DNA of 64,000 nt from an uncultured Desulfosarcina sp. Its GTDB lineage: Bacteria > Desulfobacterota > Desulfobacteria > Desulfobacterales > Desulfosarcinaceae. The stretch's first letter is position 1. Every line of letters begins with the position of its first letter. A program made the translations under genes and the position numbers. The stretch lies in NCBI GenBank assembly GCA_963674945.2, contig CAXXWQ010000004.1, positions 64,001-128,000 on the forward strand, read 5' to 3'. The notes under the pieces are model-generated. The model did not search any database. It saw nothing but the letters and a program-made list of their open reading frames with translations, and was not told the origin of the DNA. Below are positions 58,530-64,000 of this stretch, piece by piece.

Positions 58530-58847
58530 GATTCACCTCCTTTTAATCAAAGGCAAGAAAAAGCGCCCAGCAGGCTGACGCCGCCACAAAACGGGGTACC
58601 GGAAAAAATATCCTGCATGGTGGGTTGACGCTTCTTTCACCATAACCGCCCCCATCTGCGCTGTCAAAACAAAACCGCTTTTAACCCCCATTGATTCTTG
58701 CGAAATCATCATCGAAAGAGTATAAAGATTATTTCGTTCGACGAATGAGACACCGACATGTCGTCGATCATTTCAGTGATAGTGCCCACCCGGAAACAGG
58801 ATACCTGTTTTCCGGATGGGTACGAAATAATTTTCATGATTGGTCCC

Positions 58848-61800
58848 ATGACAAACAAACCAACCCCCATCGCGGTCGTCGGGATGGATGGCATTTTTCC
58901 CGGTGCACAGAACCTCGATGCATACTGGCATAACATCGTAAACGGCATCGACTGCTCTGTCCCGGTTCCCGAAAACAGGTGGATTGCCTCCCCTTCGGAT
59001 CGGCTGCGCACATCGTTGACCCCGGATCATCCCTACTCCCGGCATGCATGCCTCATCGAAGACATTTTTTTCGATCCACAGGCGTTTTCCCTGGACCCTG
59101 TGTTGACCCGTCGCTTGGACCCGGTCCATCACCTGACCCTCATGGCGGGCAAACGGGCGGTTTCCAATTGTCGGACATCCCAGTTGGATGCAAGCCGCAT
59201 TCACACCATCATCGCCGCCATCGCCCTTCCCACGGACGGGGCCTGCGCTTTCACCCGCAAAGTGATGGGAATGGCCATCGAAAAGGCTCTTTTCCCCCAC
59301 GGGGTCAAACCGGCCGCGCCGGTGACCAGGGCCGAAGCGCTGGCCAGTCGGGCAGACGGCCTTGCCGCAGCATTGTTGGCCGCGGAAATGGGATTCGGTG
59401 GCGACAATTTTACCCTGGACGCGGCCTGCGCCTCCTCCCTGTACGCCATCAAGCTATCCTGCGATGCCCTGTGGGCGAACCGTGCCGACATGGTTGTGAC
59501 CGGCGGGGTCTGTCGCCCCGAATGCCTTTACACCCAGACCGGTTTCAGTCAGCTTCAGGCGCTCTCTCCATCGGGACGGTGCGCCCCCTTCGACCACCGA
59601 GCGGACGGACTGGTGGTGGGAGAAGGCGTCGGGATCATCGTCCTGAAGCGCCTTTCCGACGCCATCGATCAAAAAGACACCATCCACGCGGTAATCCGGG
59701 GCATCGGCCTTTCCAACGACATGCGCGGCAACCTGCTGGCACCGGAAGTAAGCGGCCAGGTCCGCGCCATGGTGCAGGCCTACCAGATGGCCGGCTGGGA
59801 CCCCTGGGATGTGGATCTCATCGAATGCCACGGCACCGGCACCCATGCCGGCGATACCTCGGAAATCCAGAGCCTGACGCAGATGTGGGAGAAGGCGCCG
59901 TCCACGGCACAGCGGTGCGCCATCGGATCGGTCAAATCCATGATCGGCCATCTGCTCACCGCCGCCGGTGCGGCCGGCATCATCAAGACCCTTCTGGCCA
60001 TGGGGCACCGAACCCTGCCGCCTTCCATCAATTTCGAACGGCCACCGGCCGACAGTCCCCTTGCTGACAGCCCGTTTCGGGTGCAGACCAGCCCTGAAAG
60101 CTGGCGCCGCCGCAATCCGGACTGTCCCAGGCGTGCGGCGGTAAGTGCCTTCGGCTTCGGTGGCATCAATGGCCACATCCTGTTTGAACAATGGAACCAA
60201 ACCGCCGTTTCGGCTGCCAACACACAAAAAGAGCCCATAACCGTCGAAAAGTCCGGCAGCCCAAAGAGATTTGCGCCCATTGCCATCGTGGGGATGGACA
60301 TATCCGCGGGAACCGCTTCCCACCTGAAATCATTCGAACGGGCCGTTTTCGAAGGCCAAAGCGCAATCGGTGGAAGAGCCGCGGGCCGATGGAAGAACGC
60401 CGACGCCGCCATCGTCCATCAGTTGCGCGGCACCGATCCCCACGGCGCCTATGTAAAGGAACTTTTCGTCGGTCTCGGAGAGTTTCAGATTCCCCCGAAG
60501 GAACTCGATGACATCCTGCCCCAACAGCTGATGGCACTCATGGTAGGTGCCGGCGCCCTGGCCGATGCAGGCTTTGCCCTTCGCCAGCCAAGAGAGCGCA
60601 TGGGTGTCGTCGTGGGCATCGATTTCGATTTCGAGGCGACCAACTTCCACCTGCGCTGGCAATTGCACGGCGCCGTACGAAGATGGAACCGGCAATACGA
60701 TCTGGGACTGGACGAAACCGAGCTGGATCGATGGCTCGAAGATTTGCGGGATCAATGCGGACCGCCCCTCACCCCTTCACGGGTCGTCGGGGCCTTGGGT
60801 GGTATCGTGGCCAGCCGCATGGCCAGGGAGTTTCGGTTCGGCGGTCCCAGCTTCGTCGTCAGCGCGGACGCCGCATCGGGCATCAAGGCGCTGCAAGTGG
60901 CCGCCGATCAGCTGGGACAAGGCTTCGTTGACGCAATGGTCGTTGGAGCGGTGGATCTGGCCGGAGAGGGACGAAGCGTGATTCGCATGGATCGCACATT
61001 TCCCGTCAGTCCGACCAATCGATTGCGGCCCTATGACGGTACGGCCGACGGAACACTTCCCGGCGATGGTGCCGCGGCCCTGGTGCTCAAGTCACTGGAC
61101 CGGGCACGCGCCGACGGCGACCGCATCCATGCCGTGATTCGGGGAGTGGGCAGTGCCGGTGGAGACGATTTTACGAGCGGTTCGCTGACGGAAGCCACAT
61201 ACAGGCGATCCCTGGACCAATGCATTTCCATCTCCGGTGTGGGTGCTGCATCCATCTCGTTGTTTGAAGGCTGCGGAATCGGCGTTCCCGAACTGGATCG
61301 ACTGGAGTTGGACACCCTTTCCAACCATTTTGCGCCGGTCGTCGGGGACGATCCTTCGGCGGCCATCGCCCTGGGCGCCACGACGCCCGTCATCGGCCAT
61401 ACGGGAGCCGCCAGTGGCCTGGCATCGGTGGTAAAAACCGCATTGTGCCTTTCCCGGCGCCGCCTCGCGCCCCTGGTTGGATACGAAAGCCCCCCAAATT
61501 CCACGATGGATCTCGCCGGATTTCACGTCCCCGTGACTGCCCAGCCCTGGTTCCGGGACCGGCAGCAAGGTCCGCGAACCGCCTGCGTCGCCGCCATGAC
61601 CAAGGACGGCGGGTGTGCCCACGTCCTTTTGCAGGAAGAGGAAACGGATCAATGTCAAACGACGGACCATCACTATTTGACGTCCGTCCTCCGATCACCC
61701 GGCCTCTTCGTAATTACCGGCGACGATGGAAAACAGATACAAGAAGGCGTGTCCCGTCTGGAAAAAGCGCTGACCGGTGATGCCGGCACTGTCTCCATGG

Positions 61801-64000
61801 AAGTGAAGGCGGCCCGCTTCCTGGCAGACCATCCGCCGAACAATGATCACGAATTGGCGATGGCGTTGATCCTGAAAAACGACGATGACCCCGCCGCCGC
61901 CATGGATCATGCACGAAAAGCCATCGATGCCGGCCAATCCGAGGCGAGGGCCAAACGGATTTTCTTCAAACACCGCCCATTGGGCAAAACAACGCGCATC
62001 GCCCTGGTCTATCCAGGTTCGGGAAACCACTACCTGGGCATGGGACGGCACCTGGCACTCCGCTTCCCCGATGTGGTCTCCCGGATGGACCGGGAAACCC
62101 ATCGATTGAAAAGCCAGTTCCGGCCCTGGCATCTGATGCCGTGGCGCCGATCATGGGACGCTTCCTGGAAGGAATCGGCGGTCTCCCGGCTCAAAGACGA
62201 TCCGGTGAACATGATCTCCGGCCAGGTGGTGTTCGGTGGTCTCATGACCCAGATCCTTCGGCGCCTCGCCATCAGACCCGATGCCCTCATCGGCTACAGT
62301 TTGGGCGAATCGGCGGCCCTTTTCGCCAACGGCATCTGGGCGGACCGGGGGGAAATGCTGGACCGAATGGAAGAAACGGACCTTTTTACCACCCGGTTGG
62401 CCGGCCCCTGCACGGCCCTTCGGCAGAGTTGGCACCTGGCGGACCACGAAACGGTGGACTGGCGGGTGGCCGTCGTCAACCGTCCCGCCGACATCGTTTC
62501 AAATACCCTGTCCGAAATGGATCATGTACGCCTGTTGATCGTCAATACGCCGGATGAATGTGTCATCGGCGGCCTTGCACCGGCTCTGGCGGCGGCCATC
62601 TCGGCATTGCACTGCCAGGCCGTCTACCTCGACGGGGTGGTGACCGTTCACTGTGATGCGGCCCTTCCCGCCGCCGATGCCTACAGGCGCCTCCACCTGT
62701 TTCCCAGCTCGCCCAAATCGGATCTGACCGTTTACAGCTGCAGCTGGGCCGCCCCCTATGCGGTTACCTCGGATCGAATTGCGGATTCAATTGTAAAACA
62801 GGCAGTTGATGGCTTTGACTTCAACAAAAGCATTAAGCGTGCTGCCGACGACGGGATCGGCATCTTCATCGAGGCCGGTCCCGGCGCATCGTGCAGCCGG
62901 ATGATCCGCCGGATCCTGCACGATCGCCCCCACCTTGCCGTCTCGGCCAGTGCGGCGGGAGAAAACGAAATGGAACCCCTGTTGCAATGCCTGGCCCAAT
63001 TGGCCGTCGAACGGGTTCCCATGGATGCAGGGGCCCTTTATCCGGATTCACGTCCCACCATAACATCCGCCGGCCGGAAAAAAGTGGTGCCGGTGGCTGT
63101 GGGCGGACAATCTTTTCGGCCCACGCTTCCTGTTTCTCTTCGAAAGAAAAAAACCGACGAGGAAAAACACCGAAAGCCCGAAACGGACCGCCGGGAATTG
63201 GAAGCACTGGCCGACAGCCATCAAAACGACCATAGGGAAAAGATCGTCGTGCAGGAAGACACCATCGTCCAGAATCCATGGTCCCAATTGATGAACGCGG
63301 CCCGACAGAATATGGAGGCGACAGCCGAGGCCCACAATCGGTTTCTTCAACTGTCCCAAGAGCTGACCGAGGCCTATGCCGACACCTTCGACTTTCAAAA
63401 CCGTCTTTTGGAGCGAGGTGCCCTGCCCACGCAAACCAGCGACCAGGATCCGGAGCCGGTTGCACCCGAACCTTCAGCGCTGTCCCCTGCCATGCCGGAA
63501 AAAACGGTCGCCTTCGACCGAAATCAGTGCATGAAATTCGCCATCGGCCGCGTGGGCGAAGTGCTGGGCCCGGCCTTCGACGTTGTCGACACCCATCGCG
63601 TGCGGGTGCGACTGCCCGACGAACCGCTGATGCTGGTGGATCGCATCCTCTCGGTGGAGGGGGAGATGCTCTCCATGGAAAGCGGGCGTCTGGTCACCGA
63701 ACACGACGTTCTGCCGGGTGCCTGGTACCTGGACGGCGACCGCGCACCGGTCTGTATCAGCGTGGAAGCCGGCCAGGCAGACCTTTTTCTGTGTTCCTAT
63801 CTCGGTATCGATCACCAGGTGAAAGGCGAGCGGGCCTATCGTCTGCTCGACGCCACGGTGACCTTTCACCGGGGACTGCCCCGCCCTGGTGATACCATTC
63901 GGTACGAGATCGCCATCGATCGTTTCGTGCGCCAGGGAGAGACCTGGATGTTCTTCTTCCGTTTCGAAGGGTTTATCGGAAACGACCACCTGATCTCCAT
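58848..64000 (+). CDS. Iterative type I PKS / PUFA-synthase-like multidomain enzyme (KS-CLF-AT-FabA-like DH…), partial
   Basis: Not in ORF track because it is open at the edge. MTNKPTPIAVVGM…; KS DAACASSL, ECHGTGT, GHLLTAAG; second KS lacking the catalytic Cys (SADAASG, CLF-like); AT YPGSG and GYSLGES; DH RVRLPDEPLMLVDRI. Alternative start 58836. Confidence 0.88.
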   Translation, partial: MTNKPTPIAVVGMDGIFPGAQNLDAYWHNIVNGIDCSVPVPENRWIASPSDRLRTSLTPDHPYSRHACLIEDIFFDPQAFSLDPVLTRRLDPVHHLTLMAGKRAVSNCRTSQLDASRIHTIIAAIALPTDGACAFTRKVMGMAIEKALFPHGVKPAAPVTRAEALASRADGLAAALLAAEMGFGGDNFTLDAACASSLYAIKLSCDALWANRADMVVTGGVCRPECLYTQTGFSQLQALSPSGRCAPFDHRADGLVVGEGVGIIVLKRLSDAIDQKDTIHAVIRGIGLSNDMRGNLLAPEVSGQVRAMVQAYQMAGWDPWDVDLIECHGTGTHAGDTSEIQSLTQMWEKAPSTAQRCAIGSVKSMIGHLLTAAGAAGIIKTLLAMGHRTLPPSINFERPPADSPLADSPFRVQTSPESWRRRNPDCPRRAAVSAFGFGGINGHILFEQWNQTAVSAANTQKEPITVEKSGSPKRFAPIAIVGMDISAGTASHLKSFERAVFEGQSAIGGRAAGRWKNADAAIVHQLRGTDPHGAYVKELFVGLGEFQIPPKELDDILPQQLMALMVGAGALADAGFALRQPRERMGVVVGIDFDFEATNFHLRWQLHGAVRRWNRQYDLGLDETELDRWLEDLRDQCGPPLTPSRVVGALGGIVASRMAREFRFGGPSFVVSADAASGIKALQVAADQLGQGFVDAMVVGAVDLAGEGRSVIRMDRTFPVSPTNRLRPYDGTADGTLPGDGAAALVLKSLDRARADGDRIHAVIRGVGSAGGDDFTSGSLTEATYRRSLDQCISISGVGAASISLFEGCGIGVPELDRLELDTLSNHFAPVVGDDPSAAIALGATTPVIGHTGAASGLASVVKTALCLSRRRLAPLVGYESPPNSTMDLAGFHVPVTAQPWFRDRQQGPRTACVAAMTKDGGCAHVLLQEEETDQCQTTDHHYLTSVLRSPGLFVITGDDGKQIQEGVSRLEKALTGDAGTVSMEVKAARFLADHPPNNDHELAMALILKNDDDPAAAMDHARKAIDAGQSEARAKRIFFKHRPLGKTTRIALVYPGSGNHYLGMGRHLALRFPDVVSRMDRETHRLKSQFRPWHLMPWRRSWDASWKESAVSRLKDDPVNMISGQVVFGGLMTQILRRLAIRPDALIGYSLGESAALFANGIWADRGEMLDRMEETDLFTTRLAGPCTALRQSWHLADHETVDWRVAVVNRPADIVSNTLSEMDHVRLLIVNTPDECVIGGLAPALAAAISALHCQAVYLDGVVTVHCDAALPAADAYRRLHLFPSSPKSDLTVYSCSWAAPYAVTSDRIADSIVKQAVDGFDFNKSIKRAADDGIGIFIEAGPGASCSRMIRRILHDRPHLAVSASAAGENEMEPLLQCLAQLAVERVPMDAGALYPDSRPTITSAGRKKVVPVAVGGQSFRPTLPVSLRKKKTDEEKHRKPETDRRELEALADSHQNDHREKIVVQEDTIVQNPWSQLMNAARQNMEATAEAHNRFLQLSQELTEAYADTFDFQNRLLERGALPTQTSDQDPEPVAPEPSALSPAMPEKTVAFDRNQCMKFAIGRVGEVLGPAFDVVDTHRVRVRLPDEPLMLVDRILSVEGEMLSMESGRLVTEHDVLPGAWYLDGDRAPVCISVEAGQADLFLCSYLGIDHQVKGERAYRLLDATVTFHRGLPRPGDTIRYEIAIDRFVRQGETWMFFFRFEGFIGNDHLIS

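Overview
Chromosomal window from what looks like an anaerobic sulfate-reducing deltaproteobacterium (Desulfobacterales-like; inferred from gene content, not verified). The main result is a mostly minus-strand cluster (~7.9-26.7 kb). Two genes that the ORF track shows as broken, a TonB-dependent receptor and an ABC substrate-binding protein, are each interrupted by one in-frame TGA followed directly by a bacterial SECIS-like hairpin, so both are probably selenoproteins; the receptor would carry a Cys-Sec dipeptide. They lie in an apparent operon with a double-cubane [8Fe-9S]-type reductase and its ATPase activator, an ABC permease/ATPase, TonB-ExbB-ExbD, a DxDxDG-repeat exported protein, a Tat-exported molybdopterin oxidoreductase and NapG/NapH-like ferredoxins. 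A rhodanese lipoprotein and a MoeA-like protein lie upstream. This resembles a diderm (outer-membrane-equipped) analogue of selenocysteine-assisted organometallic (SAO) uptake systems. The window also holds a glycosyltransferase/FeS-DedA cluster with an intact IS1380-family element, a GntR-membrane protein-Tat MBL hydrolase-CobW module, mtnP-apt, a corrinoid methyltransfer pair near transposases, several housekeeping or unknown genes, and the 5' part of a PUFA-synthase-like PKS (KS-CLF-AT-DH) that runs off the right edge. All calls come from reading motifs by eye; no searches were run.
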